Positions 25,763-39,000 of a stretch of DNA of 64,000 nucleotides are shown here, piece by piece. Each line of letters starts with the position of its first letter. The stretch's first letter is position 1. This stretch comes from Geosiphon pyriformis uo1 (lineage: Eukaryota > Fungi > Glomeromycota), in contig JAAOMT010000620.1 of NCBI GenBank assembly GCA_016748015.1, positions 486,256-550,255 on the forward strand, given 5' to 3'. The notes under the pieces were generated by a model. It was not told the origin of the DNA and did no database searches. It saw only the letters and a list, made by a program, of their open reading frames with translations. The position numbers were made by a program, and so were the translations under genes.

Positions 25763-28059
25763 AAATTATATATTTAATATTAAAGTTTATTATATAATTA
25801 TATATTTTAATTTTAAAAAAACTTTAAATTAGATTTAGTATATTTAATAAAATCAATTTTTTTTAGACTAAACTAAATCTAATTTGTTATAAAAAATATA
25901 AAAAATTTGAATATTTTGTTTTAAAATATAATTTTTTTATCTCTTTTAATAAGTTTTTTAAAAAAATGTTTTTAAAAAAAATCTATTCTTATTTGGTTAA
26001 TATCTATGCTAAAAAAAAGTTTTTATTTTATATTTTGCTGTTTTTAATAACAAATTTTGAATTTAAATAATTTTTTTAATTAAATTTTTAGTAATAATTT
26101 TAAATAAATTCTATTTTTACATAATATTTTTTTTAATAATAATTTTTTTTCAAAAATTTTACAATTGAACAAATTAAAAAAAAGGTTAAAACTTATTTTT
26201 TATCAGTATTATCAATAAATTTTTTTAGTTTTTAATACAAAAATTACAATATATACTATAAAAATTATTATTAAATCATAAAAAAAAGACTTATATTATT
26301 ATATTAGATTAACAAAATCAGCCAGCAAATAGAAAACAAAAAATTGATAATTAATTTAATAACAACAAAAAAATATAATCTAATTTAATTATTTAATTAA
26401 AATAAGTACAAAAAAATCTTGGCAAATTAAGAAACATCAATAAAAATTAAGAATTAATATATATAACTTAATAATAATAAATTTTATTATGCTTTAAAAT
26501 TTTTATATGTTTTTATTTATGCAGTTTAATATTTTAAATTTGCAATTATTTTTAGAAATAATTACTAAAAAATATAATTAATTAATCTATTTTTAATTAT
26601 ATTACTTATAATTACAATTATTATTATATAATTAAATTTTAAATTTAGTTATTTAAATTAAAATTAATGAAAAAATAATATATTAAGTAAGCTTATAATT
26701 AAATTAATTAAATTAATATATTTAGATAATTTTAATAAAATATGTAAATTTAATATAATTTAACTATATATATAAGTTTTTTATTAGTTCAAAAAAGTAT
26801 TAATTTTATAAGCCAACTTTTTATAGTTTTATAATAAGCAATAAGTTTTTTTTTAATATATTTTTCTTTTTTTTTAAGCTTTAAATATTTGTTATTAATG
26901 TTTTAAATATGTTAAATACTTATTATTAATATGTTGAATTTTTTATTATTTTATATTTTTAAATTATGTGTTATTTACATTTTTTATTATGTCTTATTTT
27001 AATATATAAATTATTAATAAAATTAATTAATTTTATCTTTATTATAGTATTAACCAAATAATAAATTATAAATATAATTTTAACAATAATATTTAAATTA
27101 TTATAAATTTCTTAATAATTTTTTTATTTTCACTTTTTATAAAACTGGATTTTTAAATATTACATATTTTTAATAATTAATTAAAAATTTTTTGGTTATA
27201 ATATTATTAAATTAGTTTTAATTTCTGGTTGGTTATATTTTTTATGCTTTTATAAAATTTGATTATTTTTTTTAGAAATTTTCTATTAAAGCTGTTTTTT
27301 GTTTAAAAATAAATAATAATAACAATATTTTTTTTATTTTAATTAATTAATTATTTTTATTTTTATTCTTCCAAATATTAAAATAATTTATATATTTATA
27401 TATATATTATAATTAATAATTATATATATAGTTATGTATATTATTTAGAAAAAGCATTGTTATTATTAAAAAAATTATTAAATTCATGTTTTTTTCTTAG
27501 TAATATTATATAATATTAATTCTTAAAAGATTAAATATTCTATTTTTTTTTTAAAATACTATTATAAATTAAAGTAACAAACTTATAAATAGCAAAAAAA
27601 TAATTAAAAAAACATATTAAATTGTAAATATTTAATATATATAATCAATTTAAAATTATAATTACTTAATTTTTTCGAAAAATTCAAAAGTAAAAAAATA
27701 ATTTGTAATTATTAACAAAATAATAATACTGTTATTATTTTATGTCTTATTTAGTAATTTTTAAAATTAATAACAAGTATTATTGTGTTTTTTGATTATT
27801 TTTTTATTTAATAATTTACAAAAACAAATAATTGCTTTTTAAACTAATTTTAATATTCAAATTAAGAAAAAAAAAATAAAGTATATAAATACTAACAAAT
27901 AATTTTTTATTTACAAATATTTAAATACTTAAAAATTAAAAATTAAAAAAAAATAAGAAGATAAAAAAAGTATTAAATAGTAATTGTTATTTTATTACTT
28001 TAATTTTTAATCTGTTTTTTATAGTTAAAAAACTTATTACTTATATAGTTATTTAAAAT

Positions 28060-28166
28060 AATTAATAATCAAATTAGCAAATAAATTAATAATTAAGTTA
28101 TTAATCAAATTAATAATTAGATTAGTAATTAAATTAATAACCAAATTATTAATTAAATTAATAATT
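28060..28166. repeat. Degenerate 12-bp minisatellite (~9 units, consensus AAATTAATAATY)
   Basis: Visible 12-nt periodicity. Confidence 0.6.
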
Positions 28167-28579
28167 ATTATTTAAAAATAAAATGACTAATTATATAATA
28201 TTATTAATTAATACATATAATAATTAATAAAAACTATGATTTTTAACTATAATAATACTATTTTTTTTTGGTTTTTAATAACTATTTTTGATATAATTTT
28301 AAACAATTTTTTTATAATTACAGCTATAAATAAAAACTTATTTGTGTCTTAAGTAATAATTTCAATAATAATAATTTCAAAAAAAATGTTAATTTCAAAA
28401 AGTATTTGAATTTTGTTTAATTAATTCTTTAATAAATAGCTTTATAATTTTTTTTTTTATATTTTAATAAGTGAGGTCCAAACGCAACCTAGTGCTATAC
28501 ATCATACAAATGATCTAAACTAGATGCGAATCATGCGCTTTCTACACATGACCAGCCACTCGGGCCAGTCAGGACTACA

Positions 28580-31500
28580 CTATACACTTATATGCACAGA
28601 AACCAAATCTCCAATATCTGAAAAAAATGGACAAAATTTACGAAACCCAAAACCAACACCAAATGCTTCAGCCACCTTCAGCAATCTGACCACACCAGCC
28701 AAAAGCACCTTAGGCAAAGCAGAAACCGAAGCAGGAATGGAGCCATCACTTGGAATCAAACCATGCTTCTCCATAAACACTCGGTGTCTGGCCCAGACCA
28801 ACCAAACATCATCCCGAAATGCTAAACAAAACTCATGCACAAAGCTCACAATCCTCTTAGCACCCTCCCTAGAATCTTTAAAGACCGAGATAGACTCACG
28901 AAACCATTCATCGAAAACAAAACTCTTACACAGAGCAACACTAACTCCAACCTCAGAAACACAAGAAGCTAAGGCCTGTAATACACATAAAGAAGAGCAA
29001 GAAAGGCCAGAAAGAGCCTCCCAAGTTGAAGCATGTGTGCCCAACAAATGAGCACGGCCAACAGCATCCTGAGGACATGAAAAAACATGATCCGAGGTCT
29101 TAACATCACCACAAAACAGACAGACCACACTGGAGTAACTCCTGTCATATAAATGCTTGCACACAGCAACAGGAAGCCGATGATGGAGAGCCTTCATAAA
29201 GTAAGTACGACATCCTGCCGTGCGCATGGTGGTAAAACTGGATGCCAAGTGAGAATTGGGGTGCCACACCATAGAAGACATAGACCAATTGACATCAGCA
29301 CGCAAACTATCATCCATAACACGAGAACCCACTCCAATCTCCCAACGAGCTCAATGAAACGACCGGAAAACATCACGAACAAAGTGTCTAGAATTACCAG
29401 AAACCGCCGTATCATCAGCACATAAAAAACGTTCACTGACTAAATGAGGTAGGCGCCAAGCAGAGCGAGCAGCACCCTTGGCAAGCGCATCAGCATGCTC
29501 GTTGTCTGAGACATCTGAATGACCTTTCACCTTAACCCAATTCACATCCAAATTCTTTTGATGAATGACGGTGGCAATATGACAACACTCGATCCAACAG
29601 CGGTTCCTGAAATCCGGACAAACCAGCGACGACTCTGACCTACATGCATCTAAAGCAGCCTGGCTATCCAAGAACAAGTCAATCGAATGAGAAAAAGGAA
29701 CACACTCAAGGGCCAAAGCTATGGCCTGCAGTTCCGTCAGAGTAGAAGAAACCAAACCAGACACCCCAACACCCAAACCCAAGTTAATGTTTTCAAAAAA
29801 AGCGGCAGCACCTGCTTTCATGTTAGCAGTGCCCAGACCAGAAAGAGACCCATCCGTATACACAGAAAGGTGGACAGCATCAATGGTTGGCAAAATGTCA
29901 CGAATCACACCAAAATTATGAGAAAGATGAATATCAGACACAGCTTGACCATCTACCAAAGAAGAACTTGAGGAGAGAGGAACAACACCACCAAGAAAGC
30001 AAATGGAAAGATCAAACCAGAAAGGGACTGGGCCATGAGGGTCTAGCCTCTTCCAGCGTTTGAAGATACTCCAACTGAAAACATCACCATTACGGTCACG
30101 AAGCTGTTCCACGAAAGCAATTCTATAACGCCTGAGTGAAGAGATGCACTTGAAAAAACAGGATTTACCAAGAACCAAAGACATAGGAGTACCATACCGA
30201 CGACAAAAAGCACAATCCAGAGAACCTTCCAAAGACAAATCACACCCAGAAAAAATGCGAACTACACCTGCCAAAAAATTATCTGAGGGACCAACACCAA
30301 TACAAACCAGAAACAGCAAAGGATGACGAGAATGCCAGCTGAGAACCTGGAGGTCATGAGACCTATGAGAAAACAAGCGACCCAAGACACCAGTAGAATT
30401 CGCAAAAGCAACAACGGAGGCCGATTTACTCTCAGCCTGTATCTGTTCGAAAGTTTTTAAATTGTACAAAAAGAGGTGATGAAGTGCATCACTGGGGAAA
30501 TCATGCGGCAACTCAGACTTGGACTTTAAGACCTTGTGAACCAGAGCATCCCATTTACTATAAACACCAACAGAAACGAAACTGAACTGAGTCCTGTAGC
30601 TGATGATAGGGAAAAGAACTGCAGACACCAAATATGCACACTGTTTGTCCGAAATTGCCTTTCTTAAAACAAGATTCGCAAAGAACCGTACATCAGCCTG
30701 GGCCTTAGCCAAGCTGGGCTTCGAAAGACCTTCAGAAGACAAAAAAATACCCAAATAGTGATGAGATTCCCTTCTCTTGGCAATGAAAATAGGTGCCCCA
30801 CTAATAGTCAAATGAGGATCCAGCACCCGGCAATTGATGGGGATGGCCACCATTTTGTCATTGTTTATAGAAATATCGTTAAACCTAAAAAACTCACTAG
30901 CAACATCAAGGATGCGTTGTGTAGCAGTCTGGCTGCTACCAACCCAGATAGTATTATCGACAAAAGCGCTGGCAGCAAGAAATGAAGACAGCCCAGCTCG
31001 AGGATCCACCCGGCCAGTCCTTGATATGAAATGAGAATTCAACCTGTAACCATACACACTATCCTGTCTCTTGACCTCACACAAAAGTGAATCATAAAAA
31101 ATACGCCAGAGAAGAGGCGAGAAAACTTCCCCTTGATCCAGCCTATCGTGGACACAATACCCATCAGTCAAGCCAAAGTTGGTCATCACTTTGTTGATGC
31201 GACCATTGTGAATACTGCCAAAAAATCTAATAAACCTGTCACACATTTTGATCCTGACTAGACTCCTCCTAAGATGTTCCCAACCAACTGAGTCATAAGC
31301 TTTGCGCATGTCCTGTAAAACCAGCCAAAGTTCACGGTTCTTTTCCAAGGCATTCTTAACCACAGAACCAATAGCAAAAATGGGAGATTGAGTCATCGTA
31401 TCCTTCAAAACCGAAAAATTGTCCCCACAAAAAACATCAAAAGTGCTGCAAGCCAGAGAGATCCTATCCGAAAGGATCTTGGAGAGAATCTTGCAGGCTA

Positions 31501-33268
31501 TTTCAATTAAAGCTATAAGACGGGTGTTCATGAGAACTCCCTCCCATTCATATGGTTTAGGAATCATCAAAACCCAAGCTTCTCTTCAAAGCCCAGGGAC
31601 CGACTCGCCAACCAAACAGAAATTCAAGAGCACCAAAAGCATATCCAAAACAGATTTGTCACAATGTTTCCATAATTCATTGGAGATACCAGAAAGACCA
31701 GCCACTTTTTCATCAGAAAGATCCTTAACAACAGCTAACAACTCATCAAAACTAATCAAACACATGACATCAGAGAAAGCACCATCGAATACGTAATCCA
31801 GAGGCCAATATTAACAGGCCCAATCCTCAGATAAGTCAGATACCACCTCACGTTTTCTGGTCCATCCCTTCATAATTTTGTCCACCTTAGACTTAACCAA
31901 ATCAGGCTCTAAAATCAACTCATCTTCTACAACCAAATGATCCAGGACCACCTTGCAAAGAGGACACTCCAAAACACTCCTAATGGTATGACCCTTGTTC
32001 AGCTCAAAACTCTCTATTCTCTTACCAATAGCTTGCTTGATCAAGGATTCCTCAGCCCGCTTGGATTCCGCTAACTTGAAGGAGCAGTATGATTTTCTAG
32101 CTTTGGCCAGTGCAGAGCAAATAAGATCAAAATTAGAACCTGAAAGAAACAGAGACTTAACCACTGATGCACCAGGGGAGTCGAGTCTGTGCCACACCTT
32201 CAACAAAGAAGCAAAACCATCACTAGAAGCCAAACATGAAGCCTTGACCAACTTAGAAACCAGCAGCTCCAGCTTGTGAAACCTAGAAGAAGTCTTGGTG
32301 AACACGCCATCAAAACCTTTGAACCATTTTTTTTTAAATGTACTACTCATTGAAAGAACCATAATCTTGTGAACAATGTCTTACATAGCGTCCACATCTG
32401 AAAATTTTACTGCCACACCAAAAGCATCCAAGAACATAGAGACATTAGCAGCTGAGGCATCCCTGAACTCCAACCACTTAGCTTTATTGGCACTTTTGAC
32501 GTCAAACTTCCAACGATCTTTATTCACTTGCTTGCAAAGAGAATTCAAACACGTATCCAAGAGCCCACCCAAACCCAAATTCACTGAAACAGCTTGATGG
32601 TCTGTGTCAAAATGCTCACTGACATTCAAAACCTTACGACGCACTATCGCATTGACAAGACTTGAGAAGACAAACACGTAATCAATTGTTTTCTTAATGC
32701 CCCTAGAATTTTCCCAAGTGGGCATTTTTGCAGCCGGGCTGCCAACTAAAGAATTGACCAGACCCAAATCAAAACATCTTTTGAAACTTGCACTTTTATG
32801 AGAGCCATCTTCATTAAAATCGCCACCGAGAATGATGAAAGAAGATTCGTTGACAGTCTTTGCAATGAGAGAATTGATTTCACCAGCTTGAGAAAACCGA
32901 ACCACTGAAGAAGCACCAGCATAAAGCCCCAAAATTGACACAGAAAGTTTACTCTTAAAAAGTAATTTAATGGAAAGGAGCCGACCAGGCACCTCAGAAA
33001 CCTTGCACACATGACGAGCCAAAGAAACATTCATGATAACAGCAACACCCGCATCCAAGTGACCAAAGTCCAAACCAGAAGTGAACACTTGGACACCGTC
33101 GAACTTGTCTGCAATCTATGGACAAACCCTACTCTTTAATTTCATTTCAGTAACAATAGAGACTAAATTGTTCATTTCCTTATGCCACCTAATAATGTCT
33201 TCTTGTTTAACAGGATTGTTCATGCCCCTGACATTGCACGTAGCAACTTTCCAGACTAAACTGCTTAT
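28580..33268 (-). pseudogene. LINE B ORF2: AP endonuclease - reverse transcriptase - RNase H - Cys/His finger
   Basis: CNVRG, GGDFN, IDYVF, TDH (APE); QDMRKAYDSV, QGEVFSPLLW, AFVDN, YLG (RT); YTDGS..ELQAI..DSQ..KVKGH..NEHAD (RNase H); CLFC..DHVFSC. In-frame stops present. Confidence 0.93.
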
Positions 33269-35058
33269 TGAGTAAGAGGTAGAGATACCTAAAGCGCACC
33301 TAAACTGTCCACTTTGGCCGAAAGGCCCAGAACCGTTTCCATTAGACACTTCATGCTGTCTTCCAGCTTAGACACCAAAGACATATCAAAAGACACCGCT
33401 CCCGCGACATTCCTACCACTAGTGGACACACTCGAACCCTCACTCATCACTACATCTGCCCCTTGATCCTGTGATGAAGGGGTTACCAACGGCTGACATC
33501 TAGGGCTAGGCTGGGAAACCATTGGTCCGAGTGCATCCAACCTCTTAGCCAGCTTACCAACTTACTCCGCAAGACTGGTGAGACTGTGCTCAAGAGCGGC
33601 GAACCTATTGTTGACTTCCATCGTAACCAGTTGGGACGGCTTCATTTCTGAAGAGGAGCCATTTGTTACCACAACATTCTGACCAGAGAGGGGGAGTGAA
33701 AAAGACCCGTGAACAACCTTTGTCCAAGAAAGACCACCAAAAGAGACTGGACAGGCAACTGGAGCCGAGCGTTTGACATAAATGGTTGCCAGCCTGCTTT
33801 TATCTGTATCCAAGAAAACCCTACGCAGTGAACTACTAGAAGACAATTTCCCACCAACTGCACAACCCAATAACGTGTGACCCAATTTCTCACACTTGGC
33901 GCATCTAGTAGAAATAAGATAAGACCAGTGGAGATTGATGTTCCTGAGTACTGGCGTGGTTCCCACAGCAGCATCCAATGACTCAGCAGAGTCGAAACAA
34001 ACAACAGCACACCTGGCCCGAGTATACGTAACAGAATGACAATTAATGACGCACGTTTTCCCACCCACAGATCTAACAAAGTCCCAGATATCATGAGCAT
34101 TGGTTCCCATCGGCAACATATAGAGCAGCACCCTATGTTGGTCCCTAACATCCCATGCTTTCTTGTCTGAATTAGCTCTAGCCACACGCACAGCATCTTT
34201 CTCGATTAAGATGGACCACTCAGCTGCAGCCAAATCAGCCTGATCCGATTGTTCGAATTCCACCACCGCCTTCTGCCACAGCCCGATTAACTGTATCTTG
34301 ATCGCCCTAATAACTCCAAACTCGGATAGTGCAGCACGCACAGCCTCAGCCAATGTTCCAACCGGAATTTTTTTCACGACCACAGCCCGATCTGATCGCC
34401 CAGATGCTTTTTTGAGATCGGCGTTTACTAAGATCTTCACATTCGCAGCTTTATCAGTAGTTTTCATTAGACTTGATTCAGAAGTGAACGTCGCCCTGAT
34501 GATTCCTGAGAATTTTGAGGGAGTAGATGCCCCCCCAAAACCATTGATTCCAGAAAACAACTTCCTCACCACCACAAGTTTTTTCTGAGAAGATTTGCCG
34601 GCCACTTTATCCAAGCCAATATCTAATGTGAATGATTTTCTGACTGAAACATTGACCAAATTTCTCACAGAAGGAGGGAGCTCAAGAAGAGCATCCAAGA
34701 GAACACCATCATTATTACCATCTTTTGAGAAGTCAATTTTCCCCAATGGCTTGCCCAACGCCTTTTTGGTTTTAACCTTCGAACTTGTGGGCGTCTGATC
34801 ATAATCTCCACCAGCCAGAGCTCCACCTTTACCATAATCAAAGCTGGTTTCCTCCACCAGACACTCCTCTTCCATATCAACACTTTCAGACTCAGTAGTG
34901 TCTCCAGTCTCCGAACCCCATGAACAAACACCAGGAACTTCAGCAGCAACCCTTCCGTTATCAACACCCTCTGCCAACACACCTCCCTTCCTCTTTTTTC
35001 TTGATGCAACCGCTTTAAAACCACTCTCAGAACCAGAAACTTTAGCAGTCTTTTTCAT
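33265..35058 (-). pseudogene. LINE B ORF1: RRM-like region, CCHC zinc knuckle, C-terminal coiled-coil-like segment
   Basis: 498-aa open stretch with CAKCEKLGHTLLGC (C-X2-C-X4-H-X4-C). Beta/alpha RRM-like patterns such as VVVKKIPVGT..AVRAALSEFGVI and AVVEF. Confidence 0.85.
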
Positions 35059-36060
35059 AACAGCAATAACAGAGCCAACAGTGGCCTCATAATCAAAAAA
35101 CAGTTTTGATTTATTGTACTGAATGGTAAAAAACTTCTTTCAAAAAAACTTTTGACTCTTTTTTGGGAATTTTGGACGAAGGAGAGAAAGAAGTTTTTTG
35201 CTTTATAATTAAAATATTAATATAAAATAACTTAAAAAAAACAGAAAAAATTATTAATTATCTTTTTTTTCTATATTATAGTTTTCCTAAAAAGTAATAA
35301 CAAGATATATTTTTAATTTTTTATATATAATAATTTCTGTTTAAATTTTAATATTTAATATATATATAAGTAAAAAATTAATATTTATTATGCTTTTTTT
35401 TATATTAATACAATTTTAAATTTAATTTTACATATTAAATATAGTTAAAAATAACTTTATTAAATAAATTATTTTATTATTATTATTATTATTATTATTG
35501 TAATAAAAATCACTTAAGAGATATTTTTTTGTGTATTATTATTGTTTTAATTTTTTTCTTAACATTTTGTTTAAAAATAGTTCAAATATTTTTAATTAAA
35601 TTAAGATCTAAACTATATAATAATCAAAACAAAATACAATTTAACAGTTGTATTTTAAGATATATGTGAATATTTTTTGAAATATGCTTGAATTATTATC
35701 ATGTTAAAAAATTCAATATTATTATCCATATATACAAGTTATATTATAATATAAATTCATATTATGATTTTATGATAAAAATATCAGTTCATATTTTCTG
35801 TAAAAATATATATTAAGTTTTTTTATATACACAAATTGCTTTTTATATATAAAGTTTATATAACTGTTTTATTATTGATATAATAAATTTACTTAAATAA
35901 AATCAAGCCAAGCAAGTATTTTAAGCCATTTAAAAAGTTATTTTAATCAAAAATACTACTTTGTGTTAATTATAATTAAAATATTTTTAAGTCTATATTA
36001 ATTAGTTTTGTTTGGTTTGTTTAGTAAGTAAAACTACATATTTTGATAAAACAGCTATAT

Positions 36061-39000
36061 TTTTTTTTTTATCATTTTACGAGTGAGGTCCAAACGCTAC
36101 CTAACACTATACATCATACAAATGATCTAAACTAGGTGCGAATCATGCACTTTCTACACATGACCAGCCACTCGGACCAGTCAGAACAACACTACACACC
36201 TATATGCACAGAGACTGTGTTCCCAATACCCGAAAAGAATGAATAAAGCTTACGAAACTCAAAACTAACCCCAAAAGCTTTAGCCACACCCAACAACCTA
36301 ATCACACCAGCCGAAAACGCCGAAGACAAACTGGAAATTGATGCGGGAATGAACCCATCACGTGGAATCAAACTATGCCTTTCCATAAATGCCCAGTATT
36401 TGGCACAGACCAACCAGATATCATCCCGAAATGCGAGACAAAACTCACGCACAAAGCTCACAATCTTTTTAGTACCTTTTTTAGAATCTTTAAAAACCGA
36501 GACAGACTCATGAAACCAGTTATCAAAAACAAAGCCCTTACACAGAGCAACACCAATTCCAACCTCAGAAATACAAGAAGCCAACATCTGCAAGACACAT
36601 AAAAAAAAGTGAGATAGACCAGAAAGAGCCTCCCAAGTTAAAGCATAAGCATCCAACAAATGAGCACAGTTAGCAGCATCATGAGAACATGAAAAGACGT
36701 GATCTGAGATCTCAACATTACCACAGAACAGACAGACCACACTGGGGTATCTTCTATTATATAAGTGCTTGTGTACAGCAACAGGAAGCCAAAAATAAAG
36801 AGTCTTCATAAAGTAAGTATGACAGCTTGCCATGTGCATGCTGGTGAAACCAAAGGCTAAGTGAGAATCAGTGTATCACACCAAAGAAGACTTAAACCAA
36901 TTGATATCAGCATGCAAACTAGCAGTCACAATGCAAGAACCAACTCCAACCTCCCAACGAGCATGATTAACTGATCGAAAAACATCATGAACAAAGTGTT
37001 TAGAATTACCAGAAACTGCTGCACCACCAGCACACAGAAAATGTTTACTGACTAAATGAGACAGATGCCAAGCAGATAGAGTGGTGTCTTTGGCAAGTGC
37101 ATCAGCATGCTCATTGCTTGAGACACCTGAATGACTTTTTACCTTAACTCAATTCACATCCAAATTTTTTCGACAAATGATGATAGCAATGTGGCGATGC
37201 TCGATCCAACAGCAGTTCTTGAAATCCAGATGAATCAATGAAAACTTCGACCTACATGCATCCAAAGTGGCCTGGCTATCCAAAAACAAGTTAATTGAAC
37301 GAGAAGAAGGAATACACTCAAGGGCCAAAGCTATGGCTTGCAGCTCTGTTATAATAAAAGAAACCAAACCAGACATCCCAACACCCAAGCCCAAGTCAAT
37401 GTCCTCAAAAAAAACGGCAGCACCAGTTTTCACATTAATAGTGCCCAGACTAAAAAGAGACCCATCTGTATACACAGAAAGGCAGGCAGCATCAATGGTC
37501 AGCAGAGTGTCACAAACTATACCAAAAGCATGAGAAAGACAAACATCTGACACAGCATAACCATTCAACAAAGAAAAACTTGAGAAGAGAGGAACAATAC
37601 CACCAAGAAAGTGAATGGAGAGATCAAACCAAAAAGGAATTGAGCCACAAGGGTCCAGTCTCTTCCAATGCTTGAATGTCCCCCAGCTGAAAACATTACC
37701 ATCTCTGTCACAAAGCTGTTCCACAAAAGCAATACCATAATGCCTGAGTGAAGAGACACACTTAAAAAAACAGGGTTCACCAAGAACCAAGGACATAGGC
37801 GTACCGCACTGACAGCGAAAAGCACAAGCCAGAGAGCCATCCAAAGACAAATCACACCCAGAAAAAATACAAACCACACCAGTTAAAAAATTGTTTGAGA
37901 GATTGACACCAATATGAGATAGAAATAGCAAAGGATGACGTGGGTGCCAGCTGAAAACTTGAAGGTCATAAGACTTATAAGAAAAAAGGTGACCCAAAAT
38001 ACCAGCAGAATTTGCAAAAGTAACAGTGGATGCCAATTTACTCTCAGCCTGAATCTGCTCAAAAGTCTTTAGACCATACAATGAAGGGTAGTGCAGTGCA
38101 TTGTTGGGGAAATCATGGGGCAACCCAGACTTAGATTTCAAGATCCTGCATACCAGAGCATCCTATTTGTTACAAACACCCACAGAAACAAAACTGAACT
38201 GAGTCCTATAACTAATGATAGGAAAAAAAACCACAGACACCAAATACGCATATTGTTTATCAGAAACCACCTTCTTCAAAACCAGATTCACAAAAAACTG
38301 CACATCCACCTGGGCTTTAGCTAAATTGGGCTTTGAAAAACTCTTAAAAAATAAAAAAATGCCTAGATAATAATAAAACTTCCCTTTCTTGACAATAGAG
38401 ATAGGCACACTACTGATAGTTAAATGAGGGTCTAACACCCGGCAATTGATGGGAATGGCCACCGTTTTATCGTTATTTACAGAAATATTGTTAAACCTAA
38501 AAAACTCACTAGCAACATCAAGGATGTGTTGTGTAACAGCCTGGCTGCTACCAACCCAAATAGTATCATCAACAAAAGCACTGGCAGCAAGAAACGAAGA
38601 CAGCCCAGCCTGAGGATCTGCCCAGCCAGTTTTGGATATAAAATGAGAATTCAACCTGTAGCCATACACACTATCCTGTCTTTTAACTTCACACAAGAGT
38701 GAATTGTAGGATATACACCAGAGAAGAGGAAAGAAAACTTCCCCTTGGTCCAGCCCATCATGAACATAATACCCATCAGTCAAGCCGAAGTCAGTCATCA
38801 CTCTGTTAACACGACTATTGTGAATGCTACCAAAAAATATAATAAACTTATCACACATCTTAATTCTGACCAGACTCCTCCTAAGATGTTTCTAACCAAC
38901 CGAGTTGTAAGCCTTACGCATGTTCTGTAAAACCAGCCAGAGTTCTCGGTTTTTCTCCAGAGCATCTTCAATTACTGAACTTACAGCAAAAATGGGAGAC

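Larger units (their letters stand above)
28450..35199 (-). mobile_element. Full-length LINE (copy B), inactivated by point mutations
   Basis: 11-bp TSD GCTTTATAATT at 28439-28449 and 35200-35210. A-tail present. ORF1 35058-33265, ORF2 33268-28580. Confidence 0.95.

Noticed and set aside
28450-28579. Hammerhead or HDV ribozyme in the LINE 3' UTR (CTGA...GAAA present)
   Set aside because: No CUGANGA core and no HDV nested-pseudoknot order could be fitted. Kept only as a structured 3' element.
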